Source of the DNA: Squalus acanthias
Lineage: Eukaryota
NCBI GenBank assembly: GCA_030390025.1
Contig: CM059432.1
Span: 88,414,001 to 88,478,000, forward strand
DNA length: 64,000 bases
Direction: 5' to 3'
This document shows positions 51,101 to 62,765 of this stretch, piece by piece (position 1 is the stretch's first letter; every line of letters starts with the position of its first letter). The position numbers and the translations under genes were made by a program. The notes beneath the pieces are model-generated. The model made no database searches. It was not told the origin of the DNA and was given only the letters and a program-made list of their open reading frames with translations.

Positions 51101-54100
51101 CATGTTTGGACCAAGGCTGTAATGAGGTCGGGAGCCGAGTGGTCTTGGCGGAACCCAAACTGTGCATCAGTGAGCAGATTATTGGTGAGTAAGTGCCGCT
51201 TGATAGCACTGTTGATGGCACCTTCCATCACTTGGCTGATGATTGAGAGTAGACTGATGGGGCGGTAATTGGCTGGATTGGATTTGTCCTGCTTTTTGTG
51301 GACAGGCCATACCTGGGCAGTTTGAGTATTTATAAAGCTCATTCCACTGACCAATGCAAAAATCTCAAACTACTTAGGAACACTGACGTATCTCTCTCTC
51401 CCGTTCTTTCATCACTGTGTGAAATCAATATACATTACAGCAACTGGGATTAGGTTCAGACCTGCCTCCGCCTCCATCACCCCATCTCTGGACAGATCAC
51501 CTCCTAGTTCTCCACCAGAAATAATGAAAGGTTACCCTGCCACCAGAAACCTGGCAAAAAAAATGGACTAGAGGATGCCCAAACCCAACTGGTAAAATGT
51601 CTGACAAGGATTTGATACCCCCAGTAGATACAAGGCACCAACTATTTGCAGTGTGTCGCCAGCCACTGACTTCAGGATAGGAACATTTGTGGTTTTCACA
51701 TGCAGAAGAACATCCTCTGCCTCTTCATGTGCGTGCAGCTATCTTTTTACAAGAACAGTAAACTCCCCTGCTCCACTGACTTTGCAGTCTCAGCCATACT
51801 GTTACAAGGTGTTGCTGAGTGTAGGCTCTTCCTCAGGCTACTTTCATGCAATTTCTAGTGCCTGCCTAAGATTGGCATAAGCAGTGGTATAGTGACAGAC
51901 CATCTACCTTGTTCTTTTGCTTGCGGGTGGTACATGATCTGGGGAAGGGGACCCAGCAAGGGGAACAGAGGGTGCATGTCCTCAAAGAAGGGTAGAGACC
52001 TTCAAAAAGTAGATGACCAAATTTGAAATAATTCAAATTGGACAAAATTTAAATGATTTTAGATGAGCCATAAATTGCCCAATTGGAGTCATTTCAACTT
52101 TGGAATTTGTTTTGGACCTGATCTTAACTGGAATTAAGAGCCAGCATTTGATTGCCACTGTTTCCTTGATTTACAGTATCCTGTCACATACTCTATATAG
52201 CTTGGCATCATTTTAAAATGGAAGTGTTATTTATGGGAGCCACATGTTGCCAAACAAGCATACTAACTTTGGCTGACACTAGAAATTTATAGACAGATTT
52301 AAAAAGAGCCATTAATTATACTTTTTAAAGTAATTGTTTTTAACTAATCCTATTGTGCAGTACATTTCCTAACATCATAAATAATAAAAAGCTACCCAAA
52401 ATTTGATGGAGCTTCTACAATTTTGACTTGTTGGTTGGCGGCAAATTAGGGGGTGGAGGGGGGTCATAGAATAAAACTGTTTGAAGCTTAGAACCTAGAC
52501 TAATTAAGATTAATCATACTGTTTTCATTCACAATTGTCAGTATATAGTGTTAGAAATTACTTATTAGTTGCACATTATGTAGTTTTTAACTTCCCTATA
52601 TATGTTGTTGTGAAATTAGGTTGCTTTGTTGAGAGCACATGCCGGGGAACACTTGCTGCTTGGAGTGGCAAAACGATCCATGTTATACAAGGATGTTCTA
52701 TTACTAGGTAAAATTTCCTTCAAATTCATCTTTCTTTCAGGTATCATTTAAAAAATATATATATTCCATAGAACTAATGCACTATAATTATAGTGAGCAA
52801 TTCTTATTTAAAAAAAATACAATACTGACCATTTATTGCCATTTTCAACAGGGAATGATTATGCCATACATCGTAACAGTCCAGAAATGGAAATTAGTCG
52901 GGTGGCAAATAGGATTTTGGATGAGTTGGTGCAACCGTTCCAAGAAATTCAGATAGATGACAATGAATATGCCTGCTTGAAAGCAATTGTTTTCTTTGAT
53001 CCAGGTCTGTACAAATTTTCACATCAGAAAGAACGTTTAGCATTGCATCATTGTGACAAGACATTGTGCCTTCCACTGGAAGTAGCAAATAGTTCGGAAC
53101 CTATCTGATGAATCAAAATTAGAGCTACAAGTTTTAAGAGCCTGAAGTTGAGGTTTGAATTGCTTCTCTACCTTTTGATAATGAAATGCTGTTTTTTTTA
53201 GTCAGGAGAACTAATTTTGCAAAACTGGCATTCCTGGTGGGGAGCCCTGTCTACTCTCCACGCCTGAATTCCCAATATGCGCTCGCAACTAGAAAGACTC
53301 TGTACCAGGAGTGTGATTTTGTAAAATGACCCCTACTATAATGTGTTTAAAATGTGTGCCTTTACACAAATCAGTATTCATGTCACTAATTCCTCCGAAC
53401 TCGAATGGTACCATGAGGTCTCCACCTGTTTGGAGATTTTTTTCTCCCTTCAATAAAATAAAAATTGAAACACCTTTACATGCATGTATTATGAAGCCAG
53501 GCTGTCCCACAGTTTTAGCGGTACATTTTGAAGAGAAATATGCATTTGAAAATGCCTGAATATGTACAAATTAACATTACTCCATATGTGTATGGATTTG
53601 GATAAAAATGTTAGTTGTTCCAATCTAGCAAAAACGAAACAAGTCTTTGTAACAATTATCTCTAGGAAGGTCTGAAAGAGCTCACCGTTGCACCTCCGTC
53701 CATATGAATGGCTGTAGGATCTCACCGGCATGGATAAAACTAGATAAAACAAATAAAAATCAAGTTCAAATTTCAGAGAATTTGGCTGTGGGAACAACCA
53801 TCACGGAAATACCTTTCATTGCTAATCTTAGTATTACTCAACTTATTGAGGGTGATTTTAACTGTGGGTGAAACATTGAAGTCAATGTAAATAAAAATCA
53901 GGAGAGATGTGTAACGGGCGGCTAAATCAATAGCACAGTTTTGCCCTATCACCCAAACTCAAAATTACCTCCGTTAGAACATTTGGTGTACCAGCGAAAG
54001 GAAATTTAAAAGAAACAGGTGGATAGTAACTTGAGATGTTTTAACTACTTTAAAGATGCTATATAAATACAAGCAGTTGTTGTAGTAGAGAATTGTATAT

Positions 54101-57100
54101 AATTGCAACAGTTAAGCAAGCTGGAAAATATATTTAGGGCCTCATCAGAGGGGCCGGGATGGCATTTCAGGAAACTCTCACCAAAAACAGGAAATAGCTT
54201 CCTTTAAATATAATTACATTGAATTGCATTCAAATGAATACACTTGCAAGTTCCTGTGATGTATGCCAGGAATGCCGGGGCTGGCATGGTTTCTGCCACA
54301 TCCAAAGAATGGCATGAGCATATGAATGTGTTGTTATCCAGAGAGACAGCAACTTCATCTGAACCAACTCTAGCCACACCCTTCTACTGGATGCTGCCCC
54401 ACCTTGCTGATTACCATGACAACAGACCTGATGGCATCAATGAGATCAATAAAACTCTGACGAACAGTTGTCTCAATGTGATCCCAAGCATGTGGAAACT
54501 GGAAGGGAGCATGTGTTCCATACTGCAACCCAAGGCTTCTATAGGAGCCATCTGAACATTCGTGAGATACACTGGCATCACTGCAGATGTCTGTGGTGGT
54601 GTACAGTTATGTGAATCTGTTAGCACTGCATAGCTGCAGGTGGTGGACATCTCCACATCAGCCATGAGCTCTGGTACAATCTCCAAAAAGGTTCTGTGCT
54701 CAAAATGCATCTTGTAAAAGCAGGCCTCATGAGGTCCAATTCCCTGGGGTGTGGATAGATCTGAGCTGACCCTTCAGGCAGCAAGTTCCTGCTCCTTCTC
54801 TGCTAGCAGTTAGGAATATAGGAACAGGAGCAGGCCATTCAGCCTCTCAAGCCTGTTCCATGATTCATGGCTGATCTGTGCCTCAACTGTGTGTGAAAAA
54901 GTGCTTAAATGGCTTAATTCTAATGTTAATATTACGCTTGTTCACTTGTGTTGTGTGGATTACAGGATCAACCCTCCTGTACCTATCTATCTAAATCCCT
55001 CTGAATGGATAAACCTGAGCTGATGTTTGCAGCAGTATAAGTGAGTGACGCTAGATGCTGTAGGTGTTGGGCTGGTCGGGGCCACTGGGTTTCCTGAGAC
55101 ACAGCTAGAAAAAAAGAGATGCTGTCCTCATTGAACTTTGAAATATACCTTATAGCACAATGTGCCACATGGTCTTGTGCTTTACTGTATGCTTTGGTGC
55201 CAGTGAGAGAGTGAGCAAAGTGAGAATGAAAAACATGATAAGGATGGTAGTAAGGCTAAGGTGGGGAAAGGCCTAAGGCTTCTTTATCAGATTCTCCCTC
55301 CAAGCCCTCTCACTCAATGATCTTGGGGATGGCCTCTTCAAAGTTACTCAAGGCCCTAAATTTGGTGGGGGAAGGGACTTCCTCCCATGAGGATTTGTTC
55401 CCTCCTGTAATGTGGAACCTTCTCCTGCAGAAGAGCAGAGGGAAAAAGTTCAAGTTGTTAGGCACATGATCAAGTATCATCATACAGCCCATCGTGATTA
55501 CATATCATGGAGATGCATTCAGATGAAAACTTTGCTTTGGGGAATCTCTTTCAGGCTGAGGTGGGTGCAAATTCTCTCATCGCACAAACACAAAAAGTCA
55601 ATGTTCTAGATGTTCTAATCAGCGTTAGGTTGGAAATATTAGTGGTGATTCAGTAATTTGCCACTGTGGAGAGTGGCACCACTTGGGAAATGACAGGCAT
55701 ACAGCCTATAATTTTTTTGTCTATTAATTGTAGCGGATGGAAAATCATCTGTATTGTCCACAGTCGTCAGTTGTACAATAAAAAATGTCTTTTTCACTGA
55801 CTACATTTTACTAAACAAATCCTCAGTCTGAAAGGTCAATTGCTATTGGGCAACCTGCACTTCTTTGACACCTAATGTGAGTTTGTCTTATGCTACGGCT
55901 TATAGCCTTCTCATCCCCTCGTGACAAATATGCGTACAAATTTTTATTTCATCTTACATTTATTTTCCCGCAGATGCTAAAGCTTTAAACAATCCATCAA
56001 AAATCAAGAATATGCGTTACCAAGTGCAAGTTAGTTTGGAGGATTACATTAATGATCGACAGTATGATTCCCGAGGACGATTTGGAGAGCTGCTACTGCT
56101 GTTGCCTACTCTTCAAAGTATAACTTGGCAGATGATCGAACAAATTCAATTTGTCAAACTTTTTGGATTAGCTAAAATTGACAACTTGCTCCAAGAAATG
56201 TTGCTAGGAGGTATGTATGATTTCTTATTAGTTCAAGATAATTGTACTACACAGTTTATTAAATAATCCAATGAGAAACTCAAAATGTTTTCCTGTTTTA
56301 ATTTTTTACTTCAGTGATATCACTGGGAATTTTCTCCTGGGACCTCCTGATCGGCCGCTGTAACATCGGCGGATACACCAGATAAATGTGTAAACAGGGT
56401 TTCTGCCAAAGTTTCAGTGGCTGATCGGGAGAACCCGCGAAGGGATTCCTGCCACACATCTCATTGAAACTGTTTTTTCAGTCAATTTTTATGTTTTGTA
56501 TAACCAAAATGAACATTATTAGCTGCACAAATTGGCTGTCTTGTTTGCCTACAGAAATGAGTGACTACACTTCAAAAAGTAATTCATTGGCCTTAAACCA
56601 CCCTTCTTCACCCACCCATTTTTAAAATTAGTTTTCCTCATTTTCCCCAGAGAACAGTAGTTTGGAAGGTGATCCATTCTCATGCTTCTGCCAATGCTAC
56701 TCTAATTGCAGTTCAGCTTGATTATTCTGCTGATATCTTCCTTTCCTGTGATGAAGCATCTTATTTTCACTTGATATCTCCAATCTGACACTCTTGAAAT
56801 TGGAAATTCTTCATGTGAGAAATTACGGGCAAAATCCTGTGTTCTACGATTCTGTGATGCAATGTGTTAATGGGGCACATTCTGTGACACGAGCAAACTG
56901 CATGTGGAGGTTCTGACATTCTAGCAAATCGGTGGTGTGGTAGGTTTTGTTTGATAGTCATCCATAAACCTTCCCAGCTCTAGTGAAAAGTATGAAATTC
57001 TCAAGTTTCTCTTGACTGTAGCCCCTCAACCCTGGTAACATCTTAGTGAATTTACGCTGCAGCTTATCCATTACTTTTATATCCTTTCAATAATGGGGTA

Positions 57101-58564
57101 CCCAAAACTATGCACAATACTCTGACTGCGGACTTATTAAGGTCTTGTACAAGTTTAGCATTACTTCCTTACTTTTTTACTCTATGCCTCCAGGCACGAA
57201 ACTGAGAATTCTGTTTACTTTTTTACGGACATATCTATGTGTACGGTCACCTGTAAAGACATATGTATCTGCACACCAAGATTCCTCTACTCCATTTAAA
57301 ATCTTACTATTGAAGGTCTATTTCCTGTCTCTAGTCGTACTTCAAAAAATGCATTACTGCATTTTTTCTTACATTGCACTGCATTTGCCACCTATCTGCC
57401 TATTTGCATAAAATTCTTTTGTCCAATATTTTAGTAGAGGCATTAACATTTTAAAAATAATTTTTAGGTCCAAGTGGTATCGGATACAGTTGCCTAGTGG
57501 TTATGGTACCAGACTTGTAACCCAGAAATTGTGAGTTTACAATCTCACCATAGTAAATGGTGAAATTAGCCATAAAAGTTTCTGAATTATTATTAAAAAT
57601 TCAACTGGTTCACTAATGTCATTCAGGAAAGCCTGCATCCCTACCCAGTCTGGCCTACATGTGTCTCCACCCCCACACTGTGTGGTTGACTTTTAATCCC
57701 CTCAGTTGTAAAGAATTAATACAAAGTTTAAAATAACTTAGACAATCTCAACCCCGTGAGATCCTCCTGGGGACTGGTGTCTAAGTTGGGAGAACTATCT
57801 CACAGACTAGTCAAGCAACAGCCTGATATAGTCGTACTCACAGAATCATATATTTAAAAAAATATATATGCATGATTATTCTATTCTGTAATCCTGGTAT
57901 TTGTATAACTTTGCTCTCACAAATAAAGTAAACACAACTGATCATTAACTCCAGGTAGTGATTGCATCAACTCACCATTGTTTTATTCTTTTAGCAAGGT
58001 ATAGTTGAATGTTCAAGTGGAAGTTTCATGTGACTAGTTAATAAGAATAGTTCAGAAATTATGTATTGTCTTCCGATCACATTGACAAAGTATTCCAGCA
58101 TCAGCTCACATTTTTGTATGGGTGCGTGTACCTCGACTGTAACTTTTACCAGTCCTTTCCAGTTTTAATGAGTGTATAGTTTACAAAAGTACACAATGGA
58201 TATTTACACAGCTGAATATTTGGCATTATATAAAAATTTTAACTGCTCTAATTTTATGTTTAATTACTATGCTTCATTTGTAAACTTACAAAAAATCAAT
58301 TGCATTTTGCCAGAATGGACTGATGTGTTCACCAAAAATTTGGATCTTTTAATGTTAATTCTATAAAGTGCATGTATTTCAAGAAGCATTGTTGTGTGCA
58401 GTACATATTTTAGAATGTTCTTTTATTTCCCTTCTTTGCAGGTACAAGTAGTGACCAATCCCACCTCCATCATCCTGGACACCCTCATGTAGCCCAGGAT
58501 CCAGTAACAGGCCAGACTATTTTGATCAGTTCAATGCCTGCAGCAGTTCACAGTGAACAGATGT
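33012..58564 (+). CDS. HNF4G: Hepatocyte nuclear factor 4 gamma (NR2A2), spliced CDS exons 1-9, 3' end outside window: join(33012..33126,34937..35108,42232..42326,45749..45855,47703..47858,52620..52707,52852..53004,55974..56210,58442..58564)
   Basis: Exons splice in frame via GT-AG (lengths 115,172,95,107,156,88,153,237,123). Encodes the C4 zinc-finger DBD ([28 protein letters not shown]) and the LBD with AF-2 (LLQEMLLGG). [16 protein letters not shown] and [10 protein letters not shown] match gamma rather than alpha or beta. Confidence 0.93.
34937..35108 (+). CDS. HNF4G: HNF4G exon 2 (zinc finger 1)
   Basis: Acceptor ctcactcag; (D)[56 protein letters not shown](R); donor gtacac. Confidence 0.96.
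35813..36907 (-). mobile_element. L2-clade LINE 3' part
   Basis: [25 protein letters not shown] / [26 protein letters not shown]; 3' end aaggcgctatataaatacaagttgtt on the minus strand. Confidence 0.88.
37546..39692 (-). mobile_element. CR1 subfamily A copy with ~375-bp internal deletion, split by a subfamily B copy
   Basis: ORFs 37928-38203 and 38234-38599 closely match 9171-11670; 39607-39692 continues the sequence interrupted at 38750. Confidence 0.92.
38751..39606 (+). mobile_element. CR1 subfamily B, 5'-truncated, nested in the subfamily A copy
   Basis: ORF 38796-39458 [21 protein letters not shown]..; (TTCTTATG)n tail; TTAT at both junctions. Confidence 0.95.
40719..40904. mobile_element. 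186-bp fold-back MITE, AAA TSD
   Basis: aaa|GAGGGTGAAATTCAACTTC...GAAGTTGAATTTCACCCCC|aaa with a palindromic interior; relatives at 53848-53972, 63758-63867, 3599-3707. Confidence 0.85.
42232..42326 (+). CDS. HNF4G: HNF4G exon 3 (zinc finger 2)
   Basis: Acceptor ccctcag; (R)[31 protein letters not shown](A); donor gtaaga. Confidence 0.96.
42361..44280 (+). mobile_element. Harbinger-derived element with two-exon Myb/SANT pseudogene
   Basis: TIRs GGCCTAGAATT / AATCCTGGGCC, flanks aat/cat; frameshifted [38 protein letters not shown], then [13 protein letters not shown] after an acceptor. Confidence 0.75.
45749..45855 (+). CDS. HNF4G: HNF4G exon 4 (T-box/hinge)
   Basis: Acceptor ttctttag; (A)[35 protein letters not shown]; donor gtagag. 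Confidence 0.95.
47703..47858 (+). CDS. HNF4G: HNF4G exon 5 (LBD start); alternative start 47700 via CAGCAG acceptor
   Basis: [52 protein letters not shown]; donor gtaaag. Confidence 0.95.
48925..49300 (+). mobile_element. Old L2 3' fragment
   Basis: L2-like 3' sequence ending ttaaaggcactctataaatatacattgttg. Confidence 0.55.
49908..51323 (-). mobile_element. tRNA-headed LINE family, 5'-truncated RT-containing copy
   Basis: ORF 50488-51354(-) [44 protein letters not shown]. Confidence 0.93.
52620..52707 (+). CDS. HNF4G: HNF4G exon 6
   Basis: Acceptor aaattag; [29 protein letters not shown](G); donor gtaaaa. Confidence 0.95.
52852..53004 (+). CDS. HNF4G: HNF4G exon 7
   Basis: Acceptor ttcaacag; (G)[50 protein letters not shown](D); donor gtctgt. 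Confidence 0.95.
54130..55600 (-). pseudogene. Possible decayed Harbinger Myb-like gene (exon 2 onward), with a CR1 tail at ~54810-54960
   Basis: Minus strand ctgcag|[15 protein letters not shown] from 55424 resembles the post-intron segment at 43265; boundaries uncertain. Confidence 0.4.
55974..56210 (+). CDS. HNF4G: HNF4G exon 8 (AF-2)
   Basis: Acceptor ttcccgcag; (D)[78 protein letters not shown](G); donor gtatgt. Confidence 0.96.
56960..57410 (-). mobile_element. Old CR1 fragment
   Basis: Degenerate reverse complement of the CR1 EYCVQFW region (cccaaaactatgcacaatactc). Confidence 0.6.
57485..57851 (+). mobile_element. 5' fragment of the tRNA-headed LINE (head + body + first APE codons)
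   Basis: Box A-like TTGCCTAGTGG (57490-57500), body CTGGTTCACTAATGTC, then [27 protein letters not shown] (57771-57851). Confidence 0.8.
58442..58564 (+). CDS. HNF4G: HNF4G exon 9 (F domain)
   Basis: Acceptor ctttgcag; (G)[40 protein letters not shown] + T; donor gtaggt. Confidence 0.9.
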
Positions 58565-58684
58565 GTAGGTATTTTTTCCACATATCTGAATGCACATTTT
58601 TAATATGGAATTTTGAATTGGCTGAAACTTTTATGAAAGTATTAGCATCCTCTGTGATGGCAATAGCAATGAGGCAAGAAATAA

Positions 58685-59137
58685 ACAAAGAATTTACATT
58701 TATATAGTGCCTTTCATGTTCTCAGGATGTCCTAAAGTGCTTCACAGCGAATAAGGTACCTTTGAAATTTAGTTACTATTGCATTGTATGGAAATGCAGC
58801 AGCCAATTTGTGCAACGCAAGGTTCCACAAAGAGCAAGGAGAGAAATGGCCAAATAATCTGTTTTAGTGGTGTAGGTTGAGTGTTAAATGTTGGCCAAGA
58901 CACGGAGACCTTCCCCGATCTTTGAATAGTGCAATGAACCTTTTACATCCACTTGAGAGGGCAGCCGGGGATTCGGTTTAACGTCTCATTTGAAAGAAAG
59001 ACAGCACTTTCAACAGTGCAGTACTTCCTCAGTAGGCACTGAAGTATCAGCCTAGGTTATGTGCACAAGTCCCTGGAGTGAACTCACAACTTCTGACTGA
59101 GAGGCGAGAGTACTATCACTGAGCCAAGGCTGACACC
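58685..59137 (-). mobile_element. Deu-domain tRNA-derived SINE with L2-type tail, near full length
   Basis: Minus strand: head gtgtcagccttggctcagtg, central atgagacgttaaaccga..ctgccctctcaagtggatgtaaaag, tail aaggcactatataaatg. Confidence 0.8.
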
Positions 59138-59182
59138 TATAATTTGAGTTACATTACAATGAAATTATATTTACAGTATATA

Positions 59183-62100
59183 TTTTATTATTCGTTCCTG
59201 GATTGTGGGCGTCGCTGGCAAGGCCAGCATTTATTGCCCATCCCTAATTGCCCTTGAGAAGGTGATGGTGAGCCACCTTCCTGAACCGCTTCAGACCTTG
59301 TGGTAAAGGTACTCCCACAGTGCTGTTAGGGAGGGAGTTCCAGGATTTTAACCCAGCGACGATGAAGAAACGGCGACATACTTCCATGTCAGGATGGTGT
59401 GTAACTTGCAGAGGAACTTGCAGGTGATGGTGTTCCCATGCGCTTGCTGCCCTTGTCCTTCTAGGTGGTAGAGGTCGCGGGTTTGGGGAGTGCTGCCGAA
59501 GAAGCCTTGGCGAGCTGCTGCCGTGCATCTTGTAGATGGTACACACTGCAGCCACGGTACGCCGGTGGTGGAGGGAGTGAATGTTTAATGTGATGGATGG
59601 GGTGCCAATCAAGCAGGCTGCTTTGTCCTGGATGGTGTTGAGCTTCTTGAGTGTTGTTGGAGCTGCACTCATCCAGGCAAGTGGAGAGTATTCCATCACA
59701 CTTCTGACTAGTGCCTTGTAGATGGTGGAAAGGCTTTAGGGATTCAGGAGGTGAGACACTCACCGCAGAATACCTAGCCTCTGACCTGCTCTTGTAGCCG
59801 CAGTATTTATGTGGCTGGTCCAGTTTAAGTTTCTGGTCAATGGTGACTCCCAGGTCAATGGTGGACTCGGCGATGGTAATGCCGTTGAATGTCAAGGGGT
59901 GGTGATTAGACTCTCATTTGTTGGAGATACTCATTGCCTGGTACTTGTGTGGTGCGAATGTTACTTGCCACTTATTAGCCCAAGCCTGAATGTTGTCCAG
60001 GTCTTGCTGCATTCGGGCATGGACTGCTTCATTATCTGAGGACTTGCGAATGGAAATGAACACTGTGCAAATATCCCCACTTCTGACCTTATGATGGAGG
60101 GAAGGTCATTGATGAAGCAGCTGAAGATGGTTGGGCCTAGGACACTGCCCTGAGGAACTCCTGCAGTGATGTCCTGGGGCTGAGATGATTGACCTCCAAC
60201 AACCACAACTATCTTCCTTTGTGCTAGGTATGACTCCAGCCAGTGGAGAGCTTTCCCCCTGATTCCCATTGACTTCAATTTTACTAGGGCTCTTTGATGC
60301 CAGACTCGGTCAAATGCTGCTTTGATGTCAAGGGCAGTCACTCTCACCTCACCTCTGGAATTCAGCTCTTTTTTCCATGTTTGGACCAAGGCTGTAATGA
60401 GGTCTGGAGCCAAGTGGTCCTGGTCGAACCCAAACTGAGTATCGATCAGCAGGTTATTGGTGAGTAAGTGCTGCTTGATAGCACTGTCGACGATACCTTC
60501 CATCACTTTGCTGATGACTGAGAGTAGACTGATGGGGCGGTAATTGGTCGGATTGGATTTGTCCTGCTTTTTGTGGACAGTACATACCTGGGCAGTTTTC
60601 CACATTGTCGGATAGATGCCAGTGTTGTAGCTGTACTGGAGCAGCTTGGCTAGAGGCGCGGCTAGTTCTGGAGCACAAGTCTTCAGCACAATAGCCGGGA
60701 TGTTGTCGGGGCCCATAGCCTTTGCTGTATCCAGTGCGCTCAGCCGTTTCCAGATTAAACCTGGAGTGAATCGAATTGGCTGAAGACTGGCTTCTGTGAT
60801 GGTGGGGACTTCAGGAGGAGGCCGATATAGATCATCCACTCGGCACTTCTGGCTGAAGATGGTTGCAAACGCTTCAGTCTTGTCTTTTGCACTTGCGTGT
60901 TGGGCTCCACCATCATTGAGGATGGGGATATTCCTGGAGCCTCCTCCTCCCGTTAGTTGTTTAATGGTCCGCCACCATTCATGACTGGATGTGGCAGGAT
61001 CGCAGAGCTTTGATCTGATTCGTTGATTGTGGGATCGCTTAGCTCTGTCTATAGCATGCTGCTTCTGCTTTTTAGCATGCATCTAGTCCTGTGTTGCAGC
61101 TTCCCCAGGTTGGCACTTCATTTTTAGGTACACCTGGTGCTGCTCCTGGCATGCTCTTCTGCACTCCTCATTGAACCAGGGTTGGTCCCCTGGCTTGATG
61201 GTAATGGTAGAGTGAGAGATATGCCGGGCCATGAGGTTACAGATTGTGGTGGAATACAATTCTGCTGCTGCTGATGGCCCACAGCGCTTCATTGATGCCC
61301 AGTTTTGAGCTGCTAGATCTGTTCTGAATCTATCCCATTTAGCACGGTGGTAGTGCCACACAACACAATGGAGGGTGTCCTCAGTGTGAAGATGAGATTG
61401 TGCGGTGGTCACTCCTACCAATACTGTCATGGACAGATGCATCTGCGACAGTTAGATTGGTGAGGTTGAGGTCAAGTAGGTTTTTCCCTCGTGTTCTCTC
61501 ACCACCTGTCGCAGGCCCATTCTGGCAGCTATGTTCTTCAGGACTCGGCCAGCTCAGTCAGTAGTGGTGCTACCGAGCCACTCTTGGTGATGGACATTGA
61601 AGTCCCCCACCCAGAGAACATTCTGTGCCCTTGCTACCCTCATTGCTTCTTCCAAGTGGTGTTCAACATGGAGGAGTACTGATTCATCAGCTGAGGGAGG
61701 GCGGTAGGTGGTAATCAGCAGGAGGTTTCCTTGCCCATGCTTGAGCTGAATCCATGAGACTTCATGGGGTCTGGAGTCAATTTTGAGGACTCCCAGGGCC
61801 ACTCCTTCCCAACTGTATACCACTGTGCCACCACCTCTGGTGGGTCTGTCCTGCCAGTGGGACAGGACATACCCAGGGATGGTGATGGAGGAGTTTGGGA
61901 CATTGGCTGAAAGGTATGATTCTGTGAGTATGACTATGTCAGGCTATTGCTTGACTAGTCTGTTGGACAGCTCTCCCAATTTTGGCACAAGTTGCCAGAT
62001 GTTAGTGAGGAGGACTTTGCAGGGTCGACTGGGCTGGGTGTGCCTTTGTCGTGTCCGAAGCTGCTGCCAAGGTCGATGCCGGGTGGTCTGTCCGGTTTTA

Positions 62101-62436
62101 TTTTTATTGTTGTTTTTCGTAGCGGTTGTGTACAACTGAGTGGCTTGCTAGGCCATTTCATGGCCCACATTGCTTTGGATCTGGAGTCACATATAGGCCA
62201 GACCAGGTAAGGGAGCAGATTTCCTTCCCTAAAGGACATTAGTGAACCAGATGGGTTTTTACAATAGTTTCATGGTCACCATTACTGATACTAGCTTTTT
62301 GTTCCAGATTTATTTAATTAACTGAATTTAAATTCCCCAGATGCTGTGGTGAGGTTTGAACTCACGTCTCTGGATCATTAGTCCAGGCCTCTGGATTACT
62401 AGTCCAGTAAGCTAACCACTATACTACCGTTCCCGC
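59183..62436 (-). mobile_element. Near-full-length non-LTR retrotransposon (CR1/Jockey-like APE-RT) with a tRNA-derived 5' end
   Basis: APE motifs (TNIWQL..PDIVILTESYL, TTYRPPS, VGDFNVHHQEWL), 373-aa RT ORF 59961-61082, C-terminal ORF 59244-59699; box A 62416-62426, box B 62353-62363. Confidence 0.92.
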
Positions 62437-62487
62437 TATAGGGCAGAAATTGTGGGACCCCATTTCATTCCATTATGTGTCACTTTA

Positions 62488-62765
62488 GTCAGTCTGCCCT
62501 CTCAGGTGGATATAAAAGATCCCATGGCACTATTGGAAGAAGAGATGGGGAGTTCTCCAGGTGTCCTGGCCAACATTTATCCCTCAACCAACACCTATCT
62601 GGTCATTTATTTCATTGCAGTTTGTGGGACCTTGCTGTGCACAAAGTGGCTGCCAAGTGGCTACAACAGTGACTACATGTTAAAAATACTTTAGTAGCTG
62701 TAAAATGCTTTTGGACGTCCTCAGGTCATGAAAGGCACTATATAAATAAAAGTTCTTTCTTTTTC
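62488..62765 (+). mobile_element. Deu-domain SINE, 5'-truncated
   Basis: gtctgccctctcaggtggatataaaagatcccatggcactatt...aaggcactatataaataaaagttctttc. Confidence 0.8.

Noticed and set aside
56211..56266. Exon 8 read-through isoform (alpha3-like)
   Set aside because: A short open frame after a donor is expected by chance; the sequence alone gives no support.
33012..58564. Calling the gene HNF4A or HNF4B
   Set aside because: [21 protein letters not shown] and [10 protein letters not shown] fit gamma; a phylogeny or synteny check would be decisive.
58565..58600. HNF4A-alpha2-like +30 nt alternative donor
   Set aside because: No GT at +30; the only nearby alternative GT (58569) would frameshift.
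62340..62436. Genuine tRNA gene
   Set aside because: Has box A/B but also an internal duplication and no clear acceptor stem, and it continues into a repeat body; it is a retroelement head.
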